NCBI GenBank assembly: GCA_002633005.1
Contig: NMRA01000096.1
Coordinates: 699,691 to 763,467 of the forward strand
Direction of reading: 5' to 3'
Length of the DNA stretch: 63,777 bases
From: Phoronis australis
Lineage: Eukaryota > Animalia > Phoronida
Shown: positions 26,673-37,916 of the stretch, piece after piece
How positions within the stretch are numbered: position 1 is the stretch's first letter
Layout of the letters: the number at the start of each line of letters is the position of its first letter
Translations under genes and position numbers: made by a program
Notes under the pieces: model-generated
The model's database searches: none
What the model was told of the DNA's origin: nothing
The model's input: the letters and a program-made list of their open reading frames with translations, nothing else

Positions 26673-27177
26673 CAAAATGTTGTTCCCAACTTTTATTCAA
26701 GCTGGCCTATGCCCTCAATTCCGTATTATGGACATGTACGCAAACATGTACTGTTCCATTGGCCAATTGTTGCATACAATGACACGACTTTACATGCACG
26801 CATACTGTTGTTTGTATGCTCATCGATTTCCACGGGTTTCTATAATTTTTTCTACATAGTGACCAAGTGTTTCACACAAATGCATGTCTCAAATCTTTTT
26901 TTTTTTTGAATAAATCAAGTGGCGTNCAAAATGTTGTTCCCAACTTTTATTCAAGCTGGCCTATGCCCTCAATTCCGTATTATGGACATGTACGCAAACA
27001 TGTACTGTTCCATTGGCCAATTGTTGCATACAATGACACGACTTTACATGCACGCATACTGCTGTTTGTATGCTCATCGATTTCCACGGGTTTCTATAAT
27101 TTTTTCTACATAGTGACCAAGTGTTTCACACAAATGCATGTCTCAAATCTTTTTTTTTTGAATAAATCAAGTGGCGT
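26673..27177. other. Assembly overlap: 26673-26925 repeated at 26927-27177 across a single N (26926)
   Basis: Direct near-identical copies abutting the N, differing by a SNP and poly-T length. Confidence 0.9.
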
Positions 27178-28439
27178 CGGGTCAAGGAGTTTTTAGATCC
27201 GTACTAAAAACTTTGGGAATGCAGTGATGTAATGGCGCGCCGGAGAGTGGCCCCCTTGACAACTGATCGTCTTGTCGGTTTTTAAACAACTGAAAAATAG
27301 GCACTGTACAGTTATAACGACGATAAAGGTTAATGACTGTATAATACAGTGACGAATCTAGGATATCATAAGGGGGGGGGCTACAATTTGTCTCGGTCAA
27401 ACGCACAAAGCACGATTGCATGCGCGCACGTCGAAACGTAGGATTTTCGTGGACGCGGACCTAGTTAAACACAGTCGGATGACTAAAATAAAAAAGACGG
27501 GCGGTCTCGATTGGACACTTGCAATGCGGTTCTGATCTCCCGGTCGTATGTCGATTACCGAGGTTAATTAGTAAACTCAATATTTCCTCACGCTCTTACT
27601 GTTTTATTTTTTGCGGCAGCCAAGGTTCGGGGGGGAAGGGGGGGAGGGCGGACCCCCTGCCCCCCCTAAATCGCCAATGTAATACCATTTTCTAAACTTT
27701 ATACATTTCAGTGATTGTTTTTCGACTGAGCCGGGGAAACCCCCCAGGCCCAAGCAGCACTCCGTGAGAATTTCAGCCAAAGCATTAGGAATTTTATCTT
27801 TGCAATGGCTTATATGACCGTTTACGCAATGCGTGGGTCACAGGTTTGCATTGTTTTATGTTACCAATATTTTAAAACCTCGTTAGTATTTAAAATTTCA
27901 AATTTTATTCTGAAAACTCCCGGGTTGCATCGTTCTTCATAATATGGGGAACAGCGTGTCACGCGCTGTCTGGCTTGCGAGTATAGTCGTGTCACCTCTA
28001 TGTATATAGCTTACTGGTGACAGCAACAAAGCGACTGATAATTTCATCAAAGACCCGCCACACTGGTGCCGGTCAAGCATTGTCGGACTTAGGGAGCATC
28101 CAGGAAGAATCCTACCTTCAAAACACGACAGAAAACGCCATCTTACATCGGTATTTTTACTACGGTAATTGTAGCAACATCCTAGATTCACCAGTCTTAA
28201 GTCACGTGACAGGATAACCAATCTGATGAAAGATGGACAGGATCTGTTTGCAAACCTGCATGCAGTCCTTCGTACATTATTCCCCCATCAGTAACTTTTC
28301 TTGGAGTAGAGAAATACCGTGAAACACGTTAAAAAAATGTGGTGCAAAGCTTTTCATACAATGCAGCAAGCCCACTATCAAAATTGACATGTGGCTTAGT
28401 TTTAGTTGACTTTACTAATTTCTTTTTCAAATCAGAGTG

Positions 28440-31400
28440 CAGGCCCGTAGCCAGCATTGGGCGGGGGGTTGTTCGAATTTCTAGAAAGGTGGACCTTTTG
28501 CAAGCGTCAACACTCGAGTTCTTGGTAAGGCGCTTCACGCATGTTAATTATGGGGAAGGGAAATCTGTGTCCACGGCAACGATGGCTCTCAGCTCTACAT
28601 GCGCGCACCCCGGGGGGGGGTCTTCGGGGGGCTCGAACGAGCCCCCCCCCATTTGGCGAAATGGGCAAAAAGGTCCGCCCCTGAGAGGCAAAAAGTCCGT
28701 CAAAATGGAACAAAAGTCCCTAAATAAGCGCAAATGCGGTGCTCCCGTTTTTTTTGTTACCAGAAATGAGGATGTCGTGACGATTGCTCGCAAACTACAG
28801 GAATCAAATTCCTAATGTGATCCATAAATGTAGACTAACGTTCTCGCGATACCGCTTACAATCACCACCCTTCCTTCTGAGCGGCTTCCACCAGGACCAA
28901 AGAGAGTGCGGCGCCCGTGTCGGATACGGTTGTGTTGACCTCAATGTCCTGCGCGAGCAAGACTCAATTAAGTGTAATTACCCAACTGTAAACTGTCGTA
29001 AGCATCACTGCCTCTACATAATGGCGAATTTTCAAAATGCAATAATACATAATTTTTGTTAAAAACGAATACCACGGCGGTATTCAGCTGGAAAACAACC
29101 AAGTCAGGATTTGGATTTTCAAAATCGATGAACTTAAAAGCTAAAAACTACAAACATTGGGTACGATTGAAGATAAACGACCAAGCGCATCCATACAATC
29201 GGAGGATTTACAAACGCTGATCAGAGTTAACAATATATCACATGGATTATTCTTTTAATATACTTTCAATCTCGTTTAACCAGATTTTTGACTAGGAAAT
29301 AGTTGTATTTAATTTGTGGCCACTCTATATTCTTATGGCTGACAAAAAGCTAGAATAGTTATGTAGTTAGTGCAACCGAAATCGCCCAGAGATTACAAAT
29401 CTTCAATTTGGCTATCACCATTTGCATTTTTGTATATATTTTATGATTTGAGTTCTAATAAAGATTAAACTTGAACTAATGACACGTGTGGTTTTATTCG
29501 CAGTGAAATGTTTAATGTACATGTAGATGTAATCTGGAAAGTTCAGGGATGGGTTCACAATTAGCTAAACTAATTAAGTTTCGCTGGCTATCAAACCCAC
29601 TACTGTTTTTGGTACTTCAAGTTCAAAGATAAAATAAAAAGATATCAACCTGTTCCTCGTGAGAAAAAAAACAACATGAGTATTAAAATGAAATAACAAA
29701 AACGGGTATGAAACATATTTAAAACCATCGTTCCTTTGGGAAGTTGCCCATGGTCAAGATGAACACAAATTAACTTTTTTAGCAATTTTATAATATTTAA
29801 AATGTACCAAGTCAAAACTGCTCTCTACAGTCGCAGTCTGTAACTTTGTGCAAATGTCATAGAAACCAATTTGGGTGTACTAACAACCATCATTTTTGAG
29901 ACAGTAGTGCTAACTATTACCTTTCGACTTCATTAGCTCAGATCTACGTCAATACAAAGGACGAGCTGAATAGGCATCATAAAAGTTGTCTGGGGCTAAG
30001 AGAATCTGAGCGGTGACCATTTTAAGCGAGAAGTTCTCCGCATGGCGTTACGCCTACCTACTGTCAAACTTTCAAGTCGGGCTTTTTTAAATGAGTGATT
30101 ACACCTCATCACATACTCCGATGGAAATATTTAGCCAGAGAATGGCTTGACGTAATTTTTCATCTGATAGTATTTTTGTTAAAAGTTGCTTACATCGCTG
30201 GAAATGGGAACAGTCCACTACTGATTCCGCCGGTTCACTATTCCGAAAGTTCACTACTTCGAAGGTTCACCACTCCGAAGGTTCACTTCTCCGAAAATGT
30301 CTAAAATTTCTGAATCATGTGTAATTGCTGTACTTTTACATGCAAAAATAAGCGACACTTCGGTTATTAGATGCAACTATACCGGCAACAAATACACCCG
30401 ACCAGGAAGAGATAACCAGGATGGTTATCTCTTCCTGACCCGACTAATATGTCACTTTGTTTGCCGAGTTGACTTCCAGGTGCATGTGAAATTGCCCGCA
30501 TGTCTTACGAATACGGAAAAATGAGTACGTACTTGCATTTATAAAAGAATATGAAGTAGGAATGTTGATGAATTATCGACCACGATACCTTCATCAATCC
30601 CATGTCAAGATCGGATCATCTCACAGCGCGACAGAAAAGTTTAGGGCCGCTGCGCTTCAACGTCACCCACCGGAACTACTCGCACGGCCGGGTCGAAACT
30701 AAATGTAGTTAGTAAGCTACCCTGTCCCTACCAGTCTTCACGAAGTCTCATTCAATCTTATGAAATTCAAAACCGCCGTTGGTCGCCGGACCTGTGCCCT
30801 TTTTTGTCCCTAATTGAGAATGAGTCTTTAGTTAGATTCAATAATCAAGATTGCCAGTGATTGGAACTGAGCTCTTTTGTAAACAATGTAAATCAAAGCT
30901 TTCCGGACTATTCAACTCTTGCACACCCTTTAAATGGTTATTAAATGGACACCAGTACAATACCTTATTCATTTTCAGTTCTGAATCAGTAGTAAAAAAT
31001 CAGAGTAATGAACTGTCGGAGTTCTGGTTTTGGAATTGTGGACATTCGAAGTGGTGAACTTTCGAAGGTAGCGAACCTTCGGAGTTAGTGAACCCTCGGT
31101 CATGTAACCTTGGAAATCTTTTCCATCAAAATTGATGCTCGTATGAAATCTGCGAAGCTTTGCACCATTGACATTGAATGACAAGAGAAGACTTTCTTCA
31201 TTGACCAAGGTTTCATGAGGTCTAGACTTACCTAATAATGTGAACATGCGGGGATTTTTCAGTGCAAGAAAAGAAGGTAGCAAAATGTCTTTTTTGAGAA
31301 ACGACAGAGTAGTCAGTGAACATACCGTCGGTGTTACTGAATTTAAAAGAACGGAAACGCACACACGTGTACACGCATGCACGTCAATCCACCAATCCAC

Positions 31401-31916
31401 AATCAAAGTGGACACTTGATGATCAAGATATTTGTCGAAATTCGAAATTTGAAAATGCCTGCAATTAATCTAAACAATGCTAGAAAGTACACCAAAGTAC
31501 CAAATAACAAACCCATTTTCTGCTGTTTTTCTTGGTCGATTTTAAAGGCATTCATACTTTTGGGGATCTCTCTCGATGCTATAAAATTTGAGCTAGGCAT
31601 AGACACTTACTTCTAGACTTCCTTGTTACTCTATGGTGTAGAGACCACGCGCTTTCAATGCCGATGAATAACATAAAGCCTCCTCTGATCGTCATCTACG
31701 CAGTCACCACTCGGGCCGGATACGACCCGATGATTATGTGAAGCGCTTTACATCAGAAGTAAATTCAAAATTGATATTAACTTGGTTATGATTGTGGTTA
31801 CTAGAACTTGTAGTTACAACAATTTTTTATCCATTTAGTAAATCCTATCTTATCCTATCGGATAGGCTAGGGCTGAACCTTTTCCTCGGAGGGAACCCCC
31901 CTTGGCTACGGGCCTG
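28440..31916. mobile_element. 3.5-kb non-autonomous TIR element with 14-bp TIR and 5-bp TSD, carrying nested insertions
   Basis: CAGGCCCGTAGCCA at 28440 and TGGCTACGGGCCTG ending at 31916; GAGTG flanks both ends. The right end (31689-31916) recurs at 47379-47596; 28640-28735 resembles 8960-9055. Confidence 0.75.
30206..31109. mobile_element. Nested MITE with inverted arrays of about 16-bp subterminal repeats (MULE-like?)
   Basis: GGTTCACTACTCCGAA-type repeats at 30232-30296 are inverted at 31045-31097; imperfect 9-bp flanks CTGGAAATG / TTGGAAATC. Confidence 0.6.
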
Positions 31917-34900
31917 GAGTGTGTGTAGACCATGTGAGAAGCAAACCCAAAAATCAGAGTAAGCCATTCGTTAAACTGCAAGGTAGGTGCATGCAGCAGC
32001 TGAAAGCATGAAAACACGAAATGGCGAAAAATGTCAACACCACGTCAAACTAACACGATCCTCAGTCGTGTCAATCATTCACTTATTAAGTCAGAGCCAA
32101 ATCGAGTTCGAGCTGCGTAGTTATCACAGGTTTGCCTCACACAAGTACGTAAAACAACAGAATACACTATTGGCAATCTTCAAGTGATGATTAATTTGAA
32201 GACGCAACTTATTAGCAAGTATTTAGCAAGCATATTTAGGACTGGTCAGCACGCCACCTGAGGCCACATCACGTGACCACTGACCACACTTAAAAGTGTT
32301 TGCGATATACAATTCCACACCGGTTTAAGAATTACATACGCGTGTTCTTACATAATTCGACAGCCCTGTCTCGCCAAAGGCTGAGACCAGCGTGCGACTG
32401 ATTGATCTCGTCGAAATTGCTTCAATATCAACTCTGCCTGAGCATACCTAGCAAAATGCAGAAACAGCAGAAAGCATACTCAATCATATCTCATGGATGG
32501 AGAAATTCAACGCACCAATGGCATTTTGCCTTGGTATTCCATCACAAAAAACTCCAGATAACACAAATGACCAAAAATATGCATTTGGCATTTCCCCCCC
32601 TAAAACATAAGTTCAGGCATCATAGCAGAATGTGACATGAACGACCCCCCCCCCCCAACAAAGGTCTCACATCTTAGTTCTGCATTCACTACCGATGCGG
32701 AAGCGCAACTACCTCGTACAGACTGTGTTCAATAGTGTATGGGCTATTGTATTTCCTTAATTAGAAAACGAATGTGCAGAACCAAGACGCTGGCACTTTG
32801 CGGGTGGCAAAAACACTCCAAGAAAACAATAATTCCAAGATGACCAGGGATCTGTATTTTAACAAAACGTAACTTCAAAAACGACTGCTTTTACCTTTAA
32901 AGGGCGCTAGTCTATGACTGTGTCTAAGCTGAAAATGTTTGTTCCAGTTTTAATTCTAGTCAGATGCCAATCTTACTCAAAACGTAATAGGTAATCGCCG
33001 CAGAGATAATAACTCTTGGGCTGTCTCCGGTGAGTCCATTCATTCTTGAATGATGTTTAGGTAAATCATGTTCGACAGAAATGCAACAAAGCTTTAATCG
33101 CAAGAATTATTGTTTGCATTTTGCTCTGGCACGCCCTTGCAAATTACCGGCCGGGGTTAAGCCACAGATAAAATATTTAAAACGAACGAGGAACATTACT
33201 GAAGATGATAAAAATAATACTGTATAATTTATATTTTTCACACAGAAAAATAACAAATCTCAACCTTATTCGAAGTCTTCAGGTATTTGGAGATAGAAAA
33301 TTCATCATTATCTCAGATATCTTAGTGATTGTGTGTGCCTGTAATTAAATTCTCTTTTCCCATCATTCTTGTCACCAAAACAAGCGTTTGAGTGGGAGTA
33401 GAAATATTACGTTAAAAGATACATTTAAGTTGATGTCCACTGTGCGAGCTGTTCATTGGGACTATTAAATGTATTCTACTGGGACCATTTTATCAAATAC
33501 CGCAGGCCCTGACGTAAGTATAATGTTTTTTACGACGTTGATATCAACTTCGTTGTTCGGGCATTTTCAGCACAAATCCAATGACACCAGGCTTGCGACA
33601 CAGAAAACTTGCGCAACATATGCTATGCGTGTCGGAATCCATGGTAATGACAACGAGACAGTGACAAGGTCTGCAAAAAGAGTTTCCCCTAAACACCTGA
33701 ACCAGCCATCACAAGTCACCAGATGAGTTTCAGTCCGTGTAAAATCAAGCGGGTGAAAGGCGAATAAGCCCTAATCCACTAGCAAATGGCCGCCATTGAG
33801 ATAAACGGGCTGTGAAGCTGCAATCTTAAAATTATGAAAATAAGCTGCACGTAAAAACGCTGTTTCCTTTCCAAAAACAATTCCAGAGGCCTGCAAACAC
33901 ATGTGTTATGCAATGGTACAAAGAATTAAGTGAGGAATAGGTTATCAGCATGAAATGGATCTTTCTACGCTCAGAGGCATGGAATTGCAGCGAGTCGCCT
34001 ACCGTGTAAGACCCAACTAATAGCGTTCACTGTGCGCTCGACATGATAGCGGCGTATACCTAGAGGCACCTTTTATCAGTAAAATAATACAGACGGCGGA
34101 TCAGTTATTCCGAGAACATTTCTGCGAATGGTGTTACGTGTCAAAAATTAATGTTCTCTTTTCAAATATTTTTTAAGGTTTGAAAAGATTCAACTGTATG
34201 CCCAACGTAGTGCAGTTTGATTGCTGTCGAACACTACTGGCTTTGATTAATGCACTAATTACGAAGACCGAAATCCCACTGCCCCAGAACACTCACTGAA
34301 ATAGACAAAGTCCGAGAGTTATGACCAATAATACATTAAACATTGAAAAGCAAGTGCTCCGTCAAACATGACGATGACATCGAACTTAATTTCCGGGTAG
34401 TGCACATCAATCGCGGTCACAGCCCAGCGCATCACTTTTAATGTGTTCATTTTAAAAGCTCCGACCAGAATGGTTATGGACCACTTCGTCCAGTTTACAG
34501 AGTAAAAAGTATACAAATCTCGACTATATATTGAATAAAAGAAAGTCCAGCCGTTAAGGAGATTCTCCAAAATAAGTAATTAGTTCATTACGAATTTCCA
34601 TTAATTCTGAAATTTTATTTAAACAAAATATAGTGCAAGGTAACTTTTACCATTGTACTTCGCTAGTAAGAAGCATCGCGTCTTTGCAAAATCATGAAAC
34701 TTTTGAAAGAATGAATGACCTAATTGGGTAATTTGGGATAAAGCAAACACGATGTTCACATTCAGAATTCCCGTCCAGAAACACCTATTTGCTTTCTCCT
34801 TCCTTGAAATGCCTTATGCAGCTGGTGTTATCTGAAAATTCGACCAGTCTATATTGTATACATATATTTATGATTTCGTATTATCTACCGCTATATTGTG

Positions 34901-35234
34901 AAGGTAAGTGACATTATCCTAACAACCAACCTTTCATTATTCGGTATGCGTGTATAGTTTGATGAACCACCGATTTTTGTTTAGCCTATTGACAACCTTA
35001 TCTCATAAGTCACCTTTCAGCAATTCCTCATTTGTCCTTTGCTAACGACGCAACCATCGATATCCAATCTTATGCTGTTTTGATACTGTTCTGATACAGA
35101 TTTCCCAGATTCCCAATATCAGTAAAAAGAGTTCCATGAATACATTTCTCAAGAGTGGCGCGAAACTCTTCTATCTACAGCACAATAATTCAAGTACATA
35201 CACAAATTATCCACAATATTGTTACGGCATTTAC

Positions 35235-37595
35235 CTACAGGTGTACACTTCCTTGGCTGAATTTCTTGAGAGTATGTCCTTCCATAAGAATAGTTCTCAC
35301 AGCAAATTCTTCGCTGGCGCTTTTCTTAACGACCTCAGCTAACTTACCAGATGATAGACTAGGAAAGAACGACTTTAACCTGGCTAAGCCCGAGACACAG
35401 CCTCTATTCTGCGCTGGCTCGTAGCCAAGCCGAGAAACGATTTCAAGTCTATTTTGTACAAGATGATGCTGTCGGTTAGCTTCTACCCATATCCTAGCAA
35501 TGTTACCCATCTGAAATGCCAAGGCGTGAATATTTTCCGACTCTTTCGAAAAGTGGAATCTGAAAATTATAATCCCAATTGTAACTACCAGAACGAGTAA
35601 TGCTACAACGTACCAATGAGTGGTAAACCATTCTTTGACCTTCGTCAACCCTTCGTTCGAAAACAATCCTAAGAAGCGCGATTGTAGTAAGGCAGCATGA
35701 TGACACTTGCCATGGACATCACAAAACCCTGTATTCTGTCGGCACAAATGACCATTCCTTAAATGGACCTTTTTGGCAACCCCTGTAGTGTTAGTTAAGT
35801 AAGGTTCACATTTGCCACTGGCGTCGGCACAACACAACACACAATAATTCTCTTCTGCGTCCATACACTGGCACTCTACATTTGTACATAACGTCTGGTT
35901 ACATGAACCTCCACTGCATAGCTTAGTTCCACGTGCACACGGCGAACCGTTTTGCAAAGGCTTCGGCTTTGGACAGTTGGCACTTAGCCCATTACAAAAT
36001 GATTTGCCCATACAAGGTTGTTCAGTTTCGCACACAACTCTTGCCTCAGCTGGAATGACCTTGCAAGAGTTGGGGTCGCAGCAACGCGACGTCCCGCTAC
36101 AGTCTTTGTTGGGTTTTAGTTTACATGGCGTGCCCTCCTGGGAGTCATTCGGCACGCAACACGGATCAATGAAATCACATTGTGTTTCATCGCCACAGTC
36201 ACACTCTTCTCCTGGTTCCTTAACACCATTGCCACACGTAGCCACGGAGTCCTCTAAAAAGCACAATGACGCTCGTTTCAGCATTACTGGTCTGATTTTC
36301 ATTAAACTGCAAGGTGAGAAGATTTTGTGGTTTGGCTTTTCACCAGTACCGGCGAACGTGTGCATCAGGTAATTACCAGCAGCGGTACCCGGTGTACAGG
36401 TGGGGGAAGCCGATTCCTTTGTGCCGTCATGCGGACTTCCAAATGCATGACCAAGTTCATGGGCAACTGTGATTGAAGACATCTGACGCGAGATCTTTTC
36501 ACCAAAGTTTAAATTGGACACGAATGCTGCATTAAAGCTTTCCACTTTACCGTTAGCGTGAGTGAATGATTTAGAGCAAATGCCACCGTAATCCTCCGTG
36601 GAACTACCACGATAAGCTAAACCAATAACAGAATCTATGAATTCTCTGTAGGTAAAGAATAAACCTAAACAATAGTCGTCAAATTTATGATTTATGGCAA
36701 TTGTGCTCAGAAATTCCTCCGGTGTAGGTTCATCTTTTACATGAAACTTGTTTGTCTCATACACGCTCATTTTGGCAATCTTTATTCCTATATGGTCTTC
36801 GTCTCCATCACCATCGAAGTCGGTTGACCTAAAGATGGCATTAGCAACAGCCACGTTATACACCATCTCATGTATTGTGATAGCCAGACTTTTCTGGCCC
36901 ACATACTCGAAAAATAGGTGGTCTGCAATTGCATGGAGGCTACAAGCCATGTTACTTTTGAACGACATTCTTTTTACTCTAACCTCAGAAACATTCAGAC
37001 TAAACAACATTGACGAAACTTTACTAGCCTTGACACCACATTTTGCTGGGGGCGAAATGTGGAGATGTAAGTCGCTGTCCCTGTAAATAATAGATTTAAA
37101 CGTTTTAGAAAAAGTACCATTCAAATATTTTCTAGATGGTTCGATGTAGAAGTAAGTATTGTCTGTCAATATAATACCATCAAACTCTGTTTGCGACTTA
37201 TCGTACCATCCGTGTACGTGAGATGATGGTTCTCCAACCAGGAATCCAGTGTATAAATGATTATGTGGCTGCAGCCTTTCAATAGTATCTTGTCTTTTAC
37301 CAGAATTTCCAATTACCTCGATATTCAAACTTCTATCTACCAACATGTTGTTTCGTGATAACTTCAAGTGGAAGTGCTTATCGAAAGCCTGGAAGTCGAG
37401 CTCATACGAATCGATGAGTTCAAGGGATCTTCGTCCACGACCACGTGTTGAAGGGCGAAAGCCGAGATCAAGGATTGGCTGAAAACACTGCACAGTAGGA
37501 TGTTTCAAAGGTAAACAGCTTTCGAGAAGCCCATAACCAGGAGATGTTTTCCGCAATAGCCAATAAACAATCAGCAAGGCTTTATATTGTAACAT
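35235..37595 (-). CDS. ADAM10-like: ADAM10/Kuzbanian-like disintegrin and metalloproteinase, intronless, 786 aa
   Basis: Hydrophobic N-terminus; prodomain with cysteine switch PAKCGV; furin site RVKR; zinc motif HELGHAFGSPHD (36461-36426) and Met-turn YLMH; disintegrin CGNGVKEPGEECDCG; Cys-rich domain; TM WYVVALLVLVVTIGIIIF; about 100-aa cytoplasmic tail. No stops or frameshifts. Confidence 0.95.
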   Translation of the reverse strand: MLQYKALLIVYWLLRKTSPGYGLLESCLPLKHPTVQCFQPILDLGFRPSTRGRGRRSLELIDSYELDFQAFDKHFHLKLSRNNMLVDRSLNIEVIGNSGKRQDTIERLQPHNHLYTGFLVGEPSSHVHGWYDKSQTEFDGIILTDNTYFYIEPSRKYLNGTFSKTFKSIIYRDSDLHLHISPPAKCGVKASKVSSMLFSLNVSEVRVKRMSFKSNMACSLHAIADHLFFEYVGQKSLAITIHEMVYNVAVANAIFRSTDFDGDGDEDHIGIKIAKMSVYETNKFHVKDEPTPEEFLSTIAINHKFDDYCLGLFFTYREFIDSVIGLAYRGSSTEDYGGICSKSFTHANGKVESFNAAFVSNLNFGEKISRQMSSITVAHELGHAFGSPHDGTKESASPTCTPGTAAGNYLMHTFAGTGEKPNHKIFSPCSLMKIRPVMLKRASLCFLEDSVATCGNGVKEPGEECDCGDETQCDFIDPCCVPNDSQEGTPCKLKPNKDCSGTSRCCDPNSCKVIPAEARVVCETEQPCMGKSFCNGLSANCPKPKPLQNGSPCARGTKLCSGGSCNQTLCTNVECQCMDAEENYCVLCCADASGKCEPYLTNTTGVAKKVHLRNGHLCRQNTGFCDVHGKCHHAALLQSRFLGLFSNEGLTKVKEWFTTHWYVVALLVLVVTIGIIIFRFHFSKESENIHALAFQMGNIARIWVEANRQHHLVQNRLEIVSRLGYEPAQNRGCVSGLARLKSFFPSLSSGKLAEVVKKSASEEFAVRTILMEGHTLKKFSQGSVHL

Positions 37596-37916
37596 ACTCG
37601 CGGGTAACTTACAAATGATGTAAGCCAGGCTAAATATTTTTTGTCACCCGGATAGTTTTTCATACTTGCGTTTGTGGTGATGAGATTTATTTCAACACGA
37701 TAGCATGGCGCGTGCCTTGAGATTGTTTCTTGCGCAAAAGAGCATGCACTTTAAGGCTCACGAGTCATTTATTTTTGTATGAGCTTACTTGTAACTAGCC
37801 TTGGTACAAAGCTGTACATGTACTAAATATACTACTTTGCGCCGATGTGGGTAAAAAGTGGTAAAATAAAATCTGACACAAAATTAGTGTCATTAAGTAC
37901 TAGTCCACGAGAGCAC

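Noticed and set aside
26476-27196. Duplicated small ORFs (127, 79, 109 and 64 aa)
   Set aside because: They arise from an overlap artefact around N 26926 and show no recognisable domain or splice support.
35977-37086. Plus-strand ORFs overlapping the ADAM gene
   Set aside because: Antisense shadows of the real coding frame.
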